Virus record (IMG/VR): IMGVR_UViG_3300017911_000379
Span: 1 to 36,760 of that record
Length of the DNA: 36,760 nt
DNA from: a virus
Lineage: Duplodnaviria; Caudoviricetes
Strand: one strand, 5' to 3'
The notes beneath the pieces are model-generated. The model did no database searches, had not been told where the DNA came from, and saw nothing but the letters and a program-made list of their open reading frames with translations. A program made the translations under genes and the position numbers. Shown here piece by piece: positions 1 through 10,439 of this stretch; within the stretch, counting starts at the first letter, position 1, and the number at the start of each line of letters is the position of its first letter.

Positions 1-141
1 CCGCCAGCAGTGTTTGGGTTTGAAAGAGTGGGGCAAGAGTGTGGCGCTATCTCTAGGCACTGTGCAGTAGCTATTGATGAGGGCGCCTTTTGGATGGGTG
101 CTAATGGGTTTTTCCAATACAATGGGTCTGCCGTGCAAGAG
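1..141. repeat. Terminal direct repeat, copy 1 (assembly overlap of a circular or circularly permuted genome)
   Basis: 1-141 (ccgccagcag...gtgcaagag) is identical to 36620-36760, and an ORF reads in frame across the junction. Confidence 0.95.
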
Positions 142-735
142 CTGCCGTGTGATGTTCACGATTATGTGTTTAAAGACATGAACACCGCACAGCGCAGCAA
201 GGTGTATGCTGTACATAATGGTAAGCACAATGAAGTATGGTGGTTTTATCCAAGCGCTGATGATGTAGAGAATGATAGTTACGTAGCGTTAGATTATAAA
301 GAAGGTCACTGGATGATAGGCAAGCTAAGTCGCACAGCTGGGGTAGACGCTGGTGTATTTACTGACCCTATCTACAGTAACGCATTTGGACATCTCTATG
401 AGCATGAAAAAAACTATGCTTACACAGAAAACAATGGCTATACACATACTCCTTATGCTGAGACTGGTCCTATATCAATTGGTGATGGTGACCAGATTAT
501 GAAGGTTACGCAAGTTATACCTGATGAAAAAAATAAAGGGGACATATCAGTAACTTTTAAAACTAGATTTTACCCAAATGATGAAGAGTATACATTTGGT
601 CCATATACAACCAACTCGCCTACAGATGTTAGGTTTCAAGGCAGGCAAGTGCGTATGAGAATTAATGGCGTGCAGCTTACTGACTGGAAGGTGGGCGATA
701 TGAGAATCAACGCAACTGCTGGCGGTAGACGATGA
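1..735 (+). CDS. Tail tubular / DNA-stabilisation protein, 3' part of the gene starting at 35816
   Basis: Beta-propeller-like Trp/Gly motifs (CGAIS, AFWMG, EVWWFYPS) and C-terminal RFQGRQVRMRI, typical of podovirus tail-tube B / gp10 homologues. Confidence 0.75.
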   Translation, partial: PPAVFGFERVGQECGAISRHCAVAIDEGAFWMGANGFFQYNGSAVQELPCDVHDYVFKDMNTAQRSKVYAVHNGKHNEVWWFYPSADDVENDSYVALDYKEGHWMIGKLSRTAGVDAGVFTDPIYSNAFGHLYEHEKNYAYTENNGYTHTPYAETGPISIGDGDQIMKVTQVIPDEKNKGDISVTFKTRFYPNDEEYTFGPYTTNSPTDVRFQGRQVRMRINGVQLTDWKVGDMRINATAGGRR

Positions 736-2795
736 GCGAAAGACCGCCATCTGCAGGGAATACAGAATTTAAGCGTTGGGCAGAGCGCTTAAATGACTAC
801 CTTGTTCGCAACAAATCAAAGCTATCATATTATCTAGCTGGTCAGTCAGCGCATGATGATGGCGTGTTGCTTTGGGACCGTGATAATAGTCGAGTTATTG
901 TTTCGTCTAACGGTAGCTGGGTTCCATTAGCAGGTGGTGGCGGCAGCATAACAAATTATCTACGCGATGATGCTGACGACTCTACTGAATTTAGACTCAC
1001 AATGGGCGGTCTTACAGTAGACACTGACACTTTGTACGTAGACAGTGTTAACAATGAGGTGGGCATAGGCACTACAGACCCATCTGAAAAACTCGAAGTG
1101 GTAGGTAATGTTGAAGCTACAGAGTTTATAGGTGATTTACGCGGAGCAGTAGTATTTAAAGCGCAAGCAGGAGAGGCGCTTACTAAGGGTGATGTTGTTT
1201 ATATATCAGGAATATCTGGCAACACAACAGTAGTGAGCAAGGCAGATGCAGATGACGCAGCTAAGATGCCAGCGTTTGGTTTAGCAGCAAAGACTGTGTC
1301 TATTAATGCAGCGCTAGAAGTTTACACTTTTGGCACACTATCTGGTTTAGACACCAGCAGCTACACTGAGGGTGATGAATTATTTGTAAGCACAACTGCT
1401 GGCGCTCTTACGTCTACAGCACCAACAGGTGAAAGCTCACAAATACAAAAAATGGGAAAGGTTACTAGGTCCCACGCTTCGGCTGGCACTATTAAGATTA
1501 TGGGCGCAGGGCGAAGTAATGCTACCTCAAATCTTAATGATGGAAATATATTTATAGGTGACGCTAACAACCAAACAACAACAGTCAGTCTTTCTTCGAA
1601 AATATCTGCACTAGAAACTTCTCATGGTGATGTTGTACAAGATGGAGACTTTACATCAGAAGGCTTGATGAAGCGTGGCGCTACTGATGGCAGCTACTCT
1701 ATAGTCACAGACAACTCTAGCAACTGGAACACTGCACATGGCTGGGGTAATCACGCAAGCGCTGGATATTTAACTGCACACCAAGATATATCTGGGAAGG
1801 CAGACCTCTCAGGCGCAACCTTCACTGGCGATGTAAGTGTAAGCGCTGCTAATAGGTTTGAAGTTGGAGAAAACCATAACGTAACAGGTACTAGAGGCGT
1901 TGTTGGCGGTTATGAAAACACTGTATCTGGCAATAACAATCTTGTTGTTGGGCAGCAAAACAACATAAACGGTGGTTTTAGCTGTGTGTTTGGTTACGAC
2001 AACGATATGTCATCTACAGGTGGTTATTCGTTAGTTGGGGGTACGCTTTCACAAACTAACGGTCAGCATAGTATAGCAATTGGGTATTCATGTAAGGCTG
2101 GGCAATCTGACAGGTGGTACTCAACTGCACTTGGCTATGACTCTGAAGCGCTAGGTACGGCTGCTTTTGCTGGTGGCAGGTCAGTGTGGCATGGTGCTTC
2201 TTACAAGACAATGGCTGAGGCAGATGGCAGCTTTGCATATGGTGGTGGACCAAGAGTATACGAAAATGCACCAAACTCTGTCGCATTAGGAACTATTACA
2301 CAGTGTGGGGAATCTAGCCCAACTGGGGGAATAACTGCTGCACAATCTATGGCTATTGGCTACGCCACAAAAGCGTACAAAGATAATAGTTTTGCAGGCG
2401 GTAACACAAGTTACAGTTTTGGCGATACATCGTTTTCATTTGGCAACGGTGCAGTAGCTAGTAATGGGTTTTCTAATATTGCATTAGGGCATGGTATTAC
2501 CACGCCTGTAAGTAGTGGCTCTGCAACTACAATAGGTGCTGTAAGTGTAGGTCAGTTTAACGAGTATAATGTAACTACAGAGCAACATTTTAGTGTTGGC
2601 GTAGGCACTACAGACGGTTCACGTTACACGTCTATGTACATAGGACCACGCTCATCTACTGATAGCGGCATAGTTATGAAGGCGCTGAAAGAAAGTCAGG
2701 CACACGCTAGTGACTATCACGCAGGTCTAGCAGGAGTGCCAGTAGGCGGCATATATAGAACATCAACAGGTTATGTTAAGGTGAGGTTAACGTAG
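732..2795 (+). CDS. Tail fibre / receptor-binding protein with YadA-head-like repeats
   Basis: 687 aa, G/S/T-rich. Contains the VGIGTTDPSEKLEVVGN fibre motif, a GEALTKGDVVYISG module, SSNWNTAHGWGNHASAGY, and C-terminal repeats (SIAIGYSCKA, STALGYDSEA, SMAIGYATKA). Confidence 0.75.
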   Translation: MSERPPSAGNTEFKRWAERLNDYLVRNKSKLSYYLAGQSAHDDGVLLWDRDNSRVIVSSNGSWVPLAGGGGSITNYLRDDADDSTEFRLTMGGLTVDTDTLYVDSVNNEVGIGTTDPSEKLEVVGNVEATEFIGDLRGAVVFKAQAGEALTKGDVVYISGISGNTTVVSKADADDAAKMPAFGLAAKTVSINAALEVYTFGTLSGLDTSSYTEGDELFVSTTAGALTSTAPTGESSQIQKMGKVTRSHASAGTIKIMGAGRSNATSNLNDGNIFIGDANNQTTTVSLSSKISALETSHGDVVQDGDFTSEGLMKRGATDGSYSIVTDNSSNWNTAHGWGNHASAGYLTAHQDISGKADLSGATFTGDVSVSAANRFEVGENHNVTGTRGVVGGYENTVSGNNNLVVGQQNNINGGFSCVFGYDNDMSSTGGYSLVGGTLSQTNGQHSIAIGYSCKAGQSDRWYSTALGYDSEALGTAAFAGGRSVWHGASYKTMAEADGSFAYGGGPRVYENAPNSVALGTITQCGESSPTGGITAAQSMAIGYATKAYKDNSFAGGNTSYSFGDTSFSFGNGAVASNGFSNIALGHGITTPVSSGSATTIGAVSVGQFNEYNVTTEQHFSVGVGTTDGSRYTSMYIGPRSSTDSGIVMKALKESQAHASDYHAGLAGVPVGGIYRTSTGYVKVRLT

Positions 2796-3124
2796 TGGCA
2801 GTTACGTGGGATGTTAAAGAGCTTAAACGTAACGCAGATGGCGGTGTGACGTATGTGCATTATTGTGCATGGAACGAAGAGTATACAGGTACAGACTTAG
2901 AACGTCTTGTATATCAAGGTTATTATGATGCAATTGTTGAATACACTCCAAACCCTGAAGCAGACGGATTTACTGACTTTGATGATTTAACAAAAGAGCA
3001 GGTTATAGGCTGGGTTAAAAACACAATTGGTGCTGATATGGTTACTACTATAGAAGATGCAGTAGCTACGCAAATTGCTAATAAAAAGGCAGCAGCAGCT
3101 CCAGTAGTGATGCCGTGGGAATAA
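2795..3124 (+). CDS. Small acidic protein, probable tail-fibre accessory or chaperone
   Basis: Coupled to the fibre stop. Motif FTDFDDLTKEQVIGWVK and C-terminal MPWE, a family that commonly follows fibre genes. Confidence 0.55.
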   Translation: MAVTWDVKELKRNADGGVTYVHYCAWNEEYTGTDLERLVYQGYYDAIVEYTPNPEADGFTDFDDLTKEQVIGWVKNTIGADMVTTIEDAVATQIANKKAAAAPVVMPWE

Positions 3125-3157
3125 GATAGCGTTATTATTAAGTCATACAACAGATTA

Positions 3158-3166
3158 TGGTATACT
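3158..3166 (+). promoter_or_regulatory. Extended -10 promoter (TGgTATACT)
   Basis: TGnTATACT in an intergenic gap, 8 nt before ATG 3175. Confidence 0.5.
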
Positions 3167-3174
3167 CGGAGCCT

Positions 3175-3540
3175 ATGACAATAGACCAAGAGCTAGAAAG
3201 ATGTCGTGAATGGATTGAGTCAGCGTTAGCCTATAGTGGTGGTACGCATGAGTTTAGCGACATTGTAGAAGGAATACATAGTTTAAGGTACCAGTTTTGG
3301 GCTGCAGAGCGCGGATGCGCTGTAACTGAGATTATAGTTTATCCTAGAAAGCGTGTACTCCATGTGTTTCTAGCAGGCGGTGAGATGGACCAGATATTAG
3401 ATATGGAAAGCTCAGCTGCTGAATTTGCAAGGCAACAAAATTGCCACGGTATGTCCTTAGCAGGGCGTAAAGGGTGGTCTAAAGTTTTAAAAGATTACGG
3501 TTGGGACGAAGCGTTCACAACACTATCGAAGGAGTTATAG
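3175..3540 (+). CDS. GNAT-fold virion assembly protein (T7 gp13 / P22 gp14-like position)
   Basis: LHVFLAGGEM...GRKGWSKVL motif, directly upstream of the ejection protein cluster. Start moved to ATG 3175. Confidence 0.55.
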   Translation: MTIDQELERCREWIESALAYSGGTHEFSDIVEGIHSLRYQFWAAERGCAVTEIIVYPRKRVLHVFLAGGEMDQILDMESSAAEFARQQNCHGMSLAGRKGWSKVLKDYGWDEAFTTLSKEL

Positions 3541-3541
3541 T

Positions 3542-3988
3542 ATGGCTGGCGGTAAAGGCGGTGGTCAAACCACCACATCAGATATTCCAGACTGGGCAAA
3601 AGAGCCTACAAAGCGCAATTTAGCAAGAGCTGAGGCAGTGCAGCAAATCGGATACCAGCCTTATATAGGTCCTGATTTAGCCGCATTTAATCCAACACAG
3701 CAATCTGCTATGCAAAGCCAGTTAGATACTGCTCAGGCATTTGGATTATCTGGTCCGCAAACAGCTTTAGCTGATATGCCACCCCCACAAGAGTTTGCTG
3801 GCGGTATTCGTGGATACAGCGCATTTCCTTTATTTGAGCAAGCACAACAAGAATTGGCTGCTAGGGACCCAGAAATGCAGGCGCAGTATGACGCATTGTT
3901 TGGCAACCCTGTTCCAACAGGTGGTGATGATATTTCTTCTTTCTACAATACGCCAATGGAAAGACGCTTTAGAAAATTTTCTAGTTAA
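3542..3988 (+). CDS. Putative internal virion / ejection protein
   Basis: N-terminus MAGGKGGGQTTTSDIPDW and Q/A-rich composition. GGAG RBS. Confidence 0.55.
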   Translation: MAGGKGGGQTTTSDIPDWAKEPTKRNLARAEAVQQIGYQPYIGPDLAAFNPTQQSAMQSQLDTAQAFGLSGPQTALADMPPPQEFAGGIRGYSAFPLFEQAQQELAARDPEMQAQYDALFGNPVPTGGDDISSFYNTPMERRFRKFSS

Positions 3989-3999
3989 AGGTATTTAGC

Positions 4000-4734
4000 A
4001 TGGCTAATGCAGCAATGGGCGGTCAGCCCAACATAATGCAAGGTGCAGCGCAAGGTATGCAGGTAGCAGGTCAAACTGCAGCACAAGGCACACAATACAG
4101 ACCAATGGCAGTACAGGCTGGTCAAGTAGCAGGTACAGACCTGAGCGCATACACTAACCCCTATGAGACGCAGGTTGTTAATCAATCGCTTGCAGACATG
4201 GAGCGTGCACGACAAATGCAGCAGAACGTGTCTGACTTTCAGATGGGTCAAGCAGGCGCTTTTGGTGGTTCACGGCACGGCATAGCACAAGCAGAGTCTA
4301 ACAGAAACTTTTATGACAGAGCTGGTGCTTTAGCTGGCGGTCTAAGACAGCAAGGGTTCCAGCAAGCACAGAACCTAGCAGGTCAAGATATACAGCGCAC
4401 ACTGCAAGCTGATTTAGCTAATCAACAGGCTGATTTAGCAGGCGCAAGTCAAAGATTGGCTGCAGGCGGACAATTGTCTAACATTGCTAACTTAGGTTTT
4501 GGCATGGGTCGTGACATACAGTCTGACATCATGAAACAAGGAACTCTTCAGCAGCTAATGGAGCAACAATTAATTGACGCAGGCAAACAACAGTTTGAAG
4601 GTTATGTTGGCAAGCCCATGGAAACTATTGGCGTACTGTCACAGGCTCTCGGTGCTTCTACTATTCCGCAGTCGCAGCAAACTAGAAAAGACCTCGGTTT
4701 GTTTGACTATTTAACAATGTTTGCTGGGCTTTAG
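4000..4734 (+). CDS. Putative ejection / DNA-transfer protein
   Basis: YTNPYETQVV and AGAFGGSRHGIAQAE motifs, Q/A/G-rich, as in podovirus pilot proteins. Confidence 0.6.
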   Translation: MANAAMGGQPNIMQGAAQGMQVAGQTAAQGTQYRPMAVQAGQVAGTDLSAYTNPYETQVVNQSLADMERARQMQQNVSDFQMGQAGAFGGSRHGIAQAESNRNFYDRAGALAGGLRQQGFQQAQNLAGQDIQRTLQADLANQQADLAGASQRLAAGGQLSNIANLGFGMGRDIQSDIMKQGTLQQLMEQQLIDAGKQQFEGYVGKPMETIGVLSQALGASTIPQSQQTRKDLGLFDYLTMFAGL

Positions 4735-4742
4735 GAGTTAAT

Positions 4743-5150
4743 ATGACATTTCCTATAGACCCTACAATGTTAGCAGCGATTTTACAATCTAACGCGCCTA
4801 CTGCACTAGGTTTGCCAGTTTCTGCTATATCGCAAGCACCTGAACAGCTAGCAGCAGAACAGTCTGGCGGCATTAACAACATTGCTAAAGTGTTAAACAG
4901 CATGGGAGCAGCCCCAACTGCAGCTCAAACATTACCAGCAAGCCCTACAAGCAACACAGGCGGATTGATGGACAAACTGAAAACGCTAAAAGAAAGAAAA
5001 GAGACAGTTGATACGAGAACACCACAGCATCATGCGCTGGTTGCATCTAACGCACAGTATGTTCCACTAGAGGGACAGAGAACAAACCCATACGCGCCAG
5101 TCGCGCCATCTAATTTATTTGATATGTTACAAAGTATGTACGGAGCTTAG
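4743..5150 (+). CDS. Hypothetical protein in the ejection cluster
   Basis: AGGAG RBS, low-complexity A/P/Q sequence. Confidence 0.5.
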   Translation: MTFPIDPTMLAAILQSNAPTALGLPVSAISQAPEQLAAEQSGGINNIAKVLNSMGAAPTAAQTLPASPTSNTGGLMDKLKTLKERKETVDTRTPQHHALVASNAQYVPLEGQRTNPYAPVAPSNLFDMLQSMYGA

Positions 5151-5151
5151 C

Positions 5152-6258
5152 ATGAGCCTGTTTAACCAGTTAGGCAGACCAAAAACTTTAGAAGAAAAGC
5201 TACAGCAGCAAATGCTTGGTGGACCAGCACCTATTGTAGAGCGCAGTGAGTACAGTCGTAATATGCCGCCTGCGCCACAACAGGCACCTGTACAAAAGCC
5301 TAGCTTTTTTCAAAAAGCGCGCGAAAAGCTAGCTGACCCTGCTTACAGAGCGCAAATGGCTGCAGCATTCAATACTATGCGTATGAACCCTGACCCGACT
5401 ATTGCACAGCGTGCTGTGGATATGTCATCTGCTAACAAAACAGTACAGTATTTAGAGCAGCAAGGGCAGACGGAATTAGCTAACGCAGTTAGGGCTAACC
5501 CAGAATTAGCTACAGATGCAATGAAGTCTATTATTGGCACTAACTATGCTAGACAATACTCTACTGTACAAATTGACCCAATGACAGGGCAAAAGTATGT
5601 CACAGAAGCGGACCCAAACACACGCCAAGTAAGAAGAATTGATATTGAAGGGGCGGTAGGCGAGACAGCATCAGAAAAGGCAGCTAGAGAGATAGAGATA
5701 GCAAATTTGCAGGCAGGTAGAGATGCTGCGCGCGTAAGAGGTGAAGATTATTTTGATAACGCACAAGCGATTGGTAGGTCAATAAATATCATGCAAGATG
5801 CTAGAGATTTAGCGTCATCTGAGGATGGCGTTGTAACTGGTGTTTTAGAGCAATTCTTGCCAGCGTTTGATGCAAACACGCGGATGTTTATTAGCTTACA
5901 AGCAGACTTAGGTATAGCTGTTATTAACAGTGCAACATTTGGCGCTTTGAGTGAAGCTGAATTGCGCCTCGCGTTAAACAAAGATATTCCGAGAGGATTG
6001 GAAGGGCAAGAGCTTATAAATTATTTAGATAAGAAAATTGCAGCGCAAAATAAACTTTACAGAGAAATGAATAGAAAGGCTCGTAGGTTGCAAAGTGGTA
6101 TTACGCTTGGCGAATACATGGAAGAACAGCAGGCTGAAATAGATGAGAATTATGCAACACTAGCAGATTATCCTCAAGGTGACCCAAACATGACATATCA
6201 ACTGTGGTCACAGATGAGCGCAAACGACAGAAAGGCTTATAAAGAGGCTGGCGAATAA
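5152..6258 (+). CDS. Putative ejection protein (P22 gp20-like position)
   Basis: ATG 5152 has a GGAG RBS. Helical, with FGALSEAELRL motif. Confidence 0.55.
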   Translation: MSLFNQLGRPKTLEEKLQQQMLGGPAPIVERSEYSRNMPPAPQQAPVQKPSFFQKAREKLADPAYRAQMAAAFNTMRMNPDPTIAQRAVDMSSANKTVQYLEQQGQTELANAVRANPELATDAMKSIIGTNYARQYSTVQIDPMTGQKYVTEADPNTRQVRRIDIEGAVGETASEKAAREIEIANLQAGRDAARVRGEDYFDNAQAIGRSINIMQDARDLASSEDGVVTGVLEQFLPAFDANTRMFISLQADLGIAVINSATFGALSEAELRLALNKDIPRGLEGQELINYLDKKIAAQNKLYREMNRKARRLQSGITLGEYMEEQQAEIDENYATLADYPQGDPNMTYQLWSQMSANDRKAYKEAGE

Positions 6259-8117
6259 TGGCTTTAACGCGAGAGCAGATAAGACAAAAATATATGCCTA
6301 AAGTTGCAGCTTCAGAGCCTGTAGAGTCACAAAAGCTACGCACAGTTGCTCAAGGCGCAACATTTGGTTTTGCTGATGAAATCGAGGCATTTATTAGGTC
6401 TGGATTTTCTGACCGCAAGTATGATGAGATACGTGACGAGCTAAGAGCTAAACTCACTGCTTACAAAAAGGCTAATCAAGGTGAGTCTTTATCATTTGAA
6501 TTGGCTGGTGCTTTAGTGCCGTCAATAGTTGCAATGGCGTCAGGGTTTGGCGCGCCAGCAGGCATGAGCAATTTGGCTAACCTCGGTCGAAGCGCAAAAA
6601 TACTAGCAGGCGAATCAGCTGCATCTGCTGTAGGATACAGCGACAAAGACTTAACATCAGTGCAAGGTTTGGTTGACGTTGGAGCTGACACTGCAAAAGG
6701 TTTTGGCTATGGTGCATCTGCAGAGCTAGCTTTGCGTGGCACAGGCAACATTGTAAGCAAGCTAATTAATTATGCTAGAAAGAACATAGGTGATGGTGCT
6801 GACAAAGCTGTGCAAGCTGAGCTTTTAAGGCTCGCTAACGCTACAGGGTTGTCTGTAGAAGAAGTTATATCTGATGTAGCTAATGGTCGAATTATGGCTG
6901 ACAACGCTACTTTAACAGCTGCAATTGCAGGGATGGTAAGAGAAGGTGGACAAACTGCTAAAGAAATATTAGCGGCTAGTGGAGCGCGTAGAGCAGCTAC
7001 TACACAAGCAGCAGAGTCTAGCATAAGGCAAGAGTTAGCGCCAAAAGTCAGTGACCCTAACGTGATACGCGCATTTAGAGAAAGCGAAAAAGGGCTAAAA
7101 GCTAAAGAAAGAAAAGCGTACCAAACAGTTTTTGACGCAAATGAGCCAGTTTCACCAGAAACCCAAGCGCAAATGCTGGGTATAATACAGCGTATGCCTG
7201 AAATGAGAACAAAGCTTAGCCAAACGTACATGGAAGATGAGACGCTCGTACCTTTGTTGAAAACGCTAGAAGATGGCAGTGTAGAGTTTGTGCGTGTACC
7301 AACAGTAAGAGATGCAGAGGTGCTTAGAAGAGAAATAGATGCGCTTACTACAAGACGTTATCAAAGTGGAGATGCACCGCTAGCAGAAATATCTGGAGAA
7401 AAAGCAGCTTCACTTAGACAGCAAATTGATGAACAATCTCCTGATTTAGCAGCCGTAAGAGCTGACTACGCTACAAGAATGTCTGCAAAAAGAGCGTTTG
7501 ATTACGGCTACAAATCACTGTCTAAAGATGTTGATGAAATTGCTGTTGACTTTGGAGAAATGAGCGCAACACAAAAAGAAGCGTTTAGACAAGGCGTAGT
7601 AGCAGCATTGAATCGGAAGGCTAAGCAGTCAGGCACAGTAATTGAAAAACTAGCAGAAGAAGATAAACAACTTGGTGCGTTGCTAAGAGTTGTGTTGCCA
7701 AGCAGCAGCACACCAAACGTACTACCAAAAATTGTTAGAGCTGCTGAAGCAACTTCAATGGATAAAATGATACAGCCAAGAGCAGGGTCACAAACACAGC
7801 CATTACAGAGAGAGCAAGCGCTTCGCGGAAGCTTTGGCGCAATGGACGACGTAGCTAGAGGCATAGCAGGCGACCCAATAGCGCTAGCAAAAATATTGTC
7901 CAACTCTATACCTTCAGCGCAGGGGTTGACGCAAGAGCAAATGGTTAAGGTAGCTAAGATTTTATATAGCGAATCGCCTGAGCTTGTAGAGGCGGCTTTG
8001 ACAGACAATACAGCGCTTGGTAAATTGCTAAGATTAGCTGAAAGCGCAGCTAGAACTGTAAGCAAAACGGCAATTACTGGCGCACAACAACAGGGTGTAC
8101 AATTTGATGGAAGCTAA
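6258..8117 (+). CDS. Large ejection / DNA-transfer protein (P22 gp16-like position)
   Basis: 619 aa, Ala-rich helical, AQGATFGFADEIEA motif typical of podovirus internal proteins. Confidence 0.6.
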   Translation: MALTREQIRQKYMPKVAASEPVESQKLRTVAQGATFGFADEIEAFIRSGFSDRKYDEIRDELRAKLTAYKKANQGESLSFELAGALVPSIVAMASGFGAPAGMSNLANLGRSAKILAGESAASAVGYSDKDLTSVQGLVDVGADTAKGFGYGASAELALRGTGNIVSKLINYARKNIGDGADKAVQAELLRLANATGLSVEEVISDVANGRIMADNATLTAAIAGMVREGGQTAKEILAASGARRAATTQAAESSIRQELAPKVSDPNVIRAFRESEKGLKAKERKAYQTVFDANEPVSPETQAQMLGIIQRMPEMRTKLSQTYMEDETLVPLLKTLEDGSVEFVRVPTVRDAEVLRREIDALTTRRYQSGDAPLAEISGEKAASLRQQIDEQSPDLAAVRADYATRMSAKRAFDYGYKSLSKDVDEIAVDFGEMSATQKEAFRQGVVAALNRKAKQSGTVIEKLAEEDKQLGALLRVVLPSSSTPNVLPKIVRAAEATSMDKMIQPRAGSQTQPLQREQALRGSFGAMDDVARGIAGDPIALAKILSNSIPSAQGLTQEQMVKVAKILYSESPELVEAALTDNTALGKLLRLAESAARTVSKTAITGAQQQGVQFDGS

Positions 8118-10170
8118 ACCATTATCAGAAAGAGACATACAGTCTATTGCACAATCAGCAGTAGAAAACTGCGTTGATTTTGTAGAGTCAGAAGTAGCTC
8201 CATCTCGCATCAAAGCGCAAAGATATTATGAGGGCGAGGTAGATATTGGCGAGGAAGAAGGACGCTCTTCTATTGTAGCTACTAAAGTGCGTGACGTTAT
8301 ACGTTCTATTAAGCCTAGCTTGATGAGAGTATTTTTACAAACAGACAGAGCTGTTGAGTTTATACCTAGCGGTCCTGACCACGTACAGTTTGCTGAGCAG
8401 GCTACAAAGTTTGTTAACTACAAGTTTGAAGAGCTAGGCGGATATAAGGTACTAGCAGACGCAATACATGACGCTCTACTGAAAAAGAACGGTATAGTTA
8501 AGGCGTACTATGACACAACTGTAGAAGGCGAGATATACGACTTTAACAACCTTAATGACATGGAGTTTACTGCTATTGTAAATGACGATGGCATCGAAGT
8601 TGTTGAGCACGTTACGCGCATGGAAATTGAGATTGACCAGCTCGGTATGGAGATTGAGTCACCAAGACATGATTTGAAGGTGATGCGCTCTGCCGAGATG
8701 GGCGATATAAAGATTGAAAGCGTACCGCCTGAAGAGTTTTTCGTTGACGCAAGTGCACGCAGTTTAGAGGATGCCTACGCTGTATGTCACAGAACAGATA
8801 TGCGCGTTGGTGATTTAGTAGAGATGGGCTTTGCGTTTGAAGATGTTGTTGAACTAGGCAACATGGATGACTCTGGCTCATTTGCTGATTTAGAAGATTT
8901 CACACGCACAGGTTATGTTGATACGCATGACGATGATGAGCAAGACCTGAGTATGCGTAAGGTTATGGTCACTGAGCTATACATCAAGATGGATGTTGAG
9001 GGCACAGGCGTACCACAGCTACACAGATTATTATTAGGTGGTGACAACTATAAGGTGCTCGACATAGAAGAGTACGGTCACTTACCATTTGCAGTGTTTG
9101 AGGTTGACCCTGAGCCACATACATTCTTTGGCACAAGTGTTGCAGACCTTATTATGAATGACCAAGACAGCGCTACGGCTTTGTTGCGTGGTGTTCTTGA
9201 TAACATTGCATTAACAAACAACCCACGAACTGAAATATTAGACGGTTCGGTAAACATTGATGACGTTTTAAACAACGAAATCGGTGGTGTTGTACGAGTG
9301 AAACAGAATGGGTCTATACAACCTTTGACTGTTCCATTTGTTGCTGGACAAACATTGTCAGCCATACAGTATTACGACCAAGAGATTGAGAATAAGACTG
9401 GCATATCCAAAGCTAGTCTTGGACTAAATCCTGATGCCCTGCAAGCTAAAACTGCAACGGCTGTAATGGCTACTATGCAAGGCGCAGCAAGTCAGACTGA
9501 GATAATGGCTAGAAACTTAGCTGAAGGCGGTGTCACGCAGTTGTTTAAACTACTACTTAAACTGGTTGTAGAGAACTGCGATGAAGAGACTATAATGCGC
9601 GTATCAGGCAATAACTACGAGCCTATTGACCCACGTAGCTGGGACAAGAAGATGGACGTTAGCGTTAACGTAGGGCTTGGTACAGGGCAAGAGGACCAAA
9701 AGCAGGCTGCTTTAGCACAGGCACTACAGATGCAGATGCAGATATTCCAAGCATATGGTGTTGGGAATGGCATGGTTAGCCTAACTAACATACGTAATAC
9801 ATTAGCTGATATGCTAGCTATGAATGGTTTGCGTAACTCTAACCGTTACTTCCAGCCTATGAATGAGCAGATGGAAGCGCAGCTAATGCAGCAGCAAGAG
9901 ATGCAGAAAGCACAGCAGCCACCACAGATGACGCAGCAGGAAGCGTACATACAAGCTGAACAGATTAAAGCGCAAGCTAAAGCGCAAAGTGACATAGCTA
10001 AAGTGCAGTTAGATGCACAGAAAGCGATGGCAGATGATGATTTGAAGCGTGACCAAATGGACCAAGATTTATTAGTAGATGCAGCTAAGATTCTTGGGCA
10101 GTATGGTACGGCTGTTGATGTTGCTGCAGTTAAGGCAGCACAAGCAGCACCCAGACAACCTAACGGATAA
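8107..10170 (+). CDS. Portal protein
   Basis: About 690 aa. Motifs RYYEGE, KVRDVIRSIKPSLMRVF, DALLKKNGIVK, VPPEEFFVD and a Q-rich C-terminal tail. Upstream of scaffold and capsid. Likely start ATG 8107. Confidence 0.85.
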   Translation: MEAKPLSERDIQSIAQSAVENCVDFVESEVAPSRIKAQRYYEGEVDIGEEEGRSSIVATKVRDVIRSIKPSLMRVFLQTDRAVEFIPSGPDHVQFAEQATKFVNYKFEELGGYKVLADAIHDALLKKNGIVKAYYDTTVEGEIYDFNNLNDMEFTAIVNDDGIEVVEHVTRMEIEIDQLGMEIESPRHDLKVMRSAEMGDIKIESVPPEEFFVDASARSLEDAYAVCHRTDMRVGDLVEMGFAFEDVVELGNMDDSGSFADLEDFTRTGYVDTHDDDEQDLSMRKVMVTELYIKMDVEGTGVPQLHRLLLGGDNYKVLDIEEYGHLPFAVFEVDPEPHTFFGTSVADLIMNDQDSATALLRGVLDNIALTNNPRTEILDGSVNIDDVLNNEIGGVVRVKQNGSIQPLTVPFVAGQTLSAIQYYDQEIENKTGISKASLGLNPDALQAKTATAVMATMQGAASQTEIMARNLAEGGVTQLFKLLLKLVVENCDEETIMRVSGNNYEPIDPRSWDKKMDVSVNVGLGTGQEDQKQAALAQALQMQMQIFQAYGVGNGMVSLTNIRNTLADMLAMNGLRNSNRYFQPMNEQMEAQLMQQQEMQKAQQPPQMTQQEAYIQAEQIKAQAKAQSDIAKVQLDAQKAMADDDLKRDQMDQDLLVDAAKILGQYGTAVDVAAVKAAQAAPRQPNG

Positions 10171-10175
10171 ACGAT

Positions 10176-10439
10176 TTGAATATAAAAGATAAAGCCAGCC
10201 GAGCACGCGCGCTGGCGCAGGACGAAACCTTTATGGAAGTCTTGTCACAGATTCGAGAACGACAAACTAGTGTGTTCTTGGACAGCGGAGCATCAATAGA
10301 TGCTATTAAAGACGCGCATGACATTGTACGTGCGCTTAACTGTATCGAAGATTACTTCAACACTGTATTTGCAGACGAGGCAATCTACGATAAGAAAGAA
10401 GAGAAAGGAGCAGCACCGTGGAAACGACTGAAACTTTGA
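10176..10439 (+). CDS. Small conserved head-module protein
   Basis: TTG start, between portal and scaffold, a usual slot in this phage type. Confidence 0.55.
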   Translation: MNIKDKASRARALAQDETFMEVLSQIRERQTSVFLDSGASIDAIKDAHDIVRALNCIEDYFNTVFADEAIYDKKEEKGAAPWKRLKL

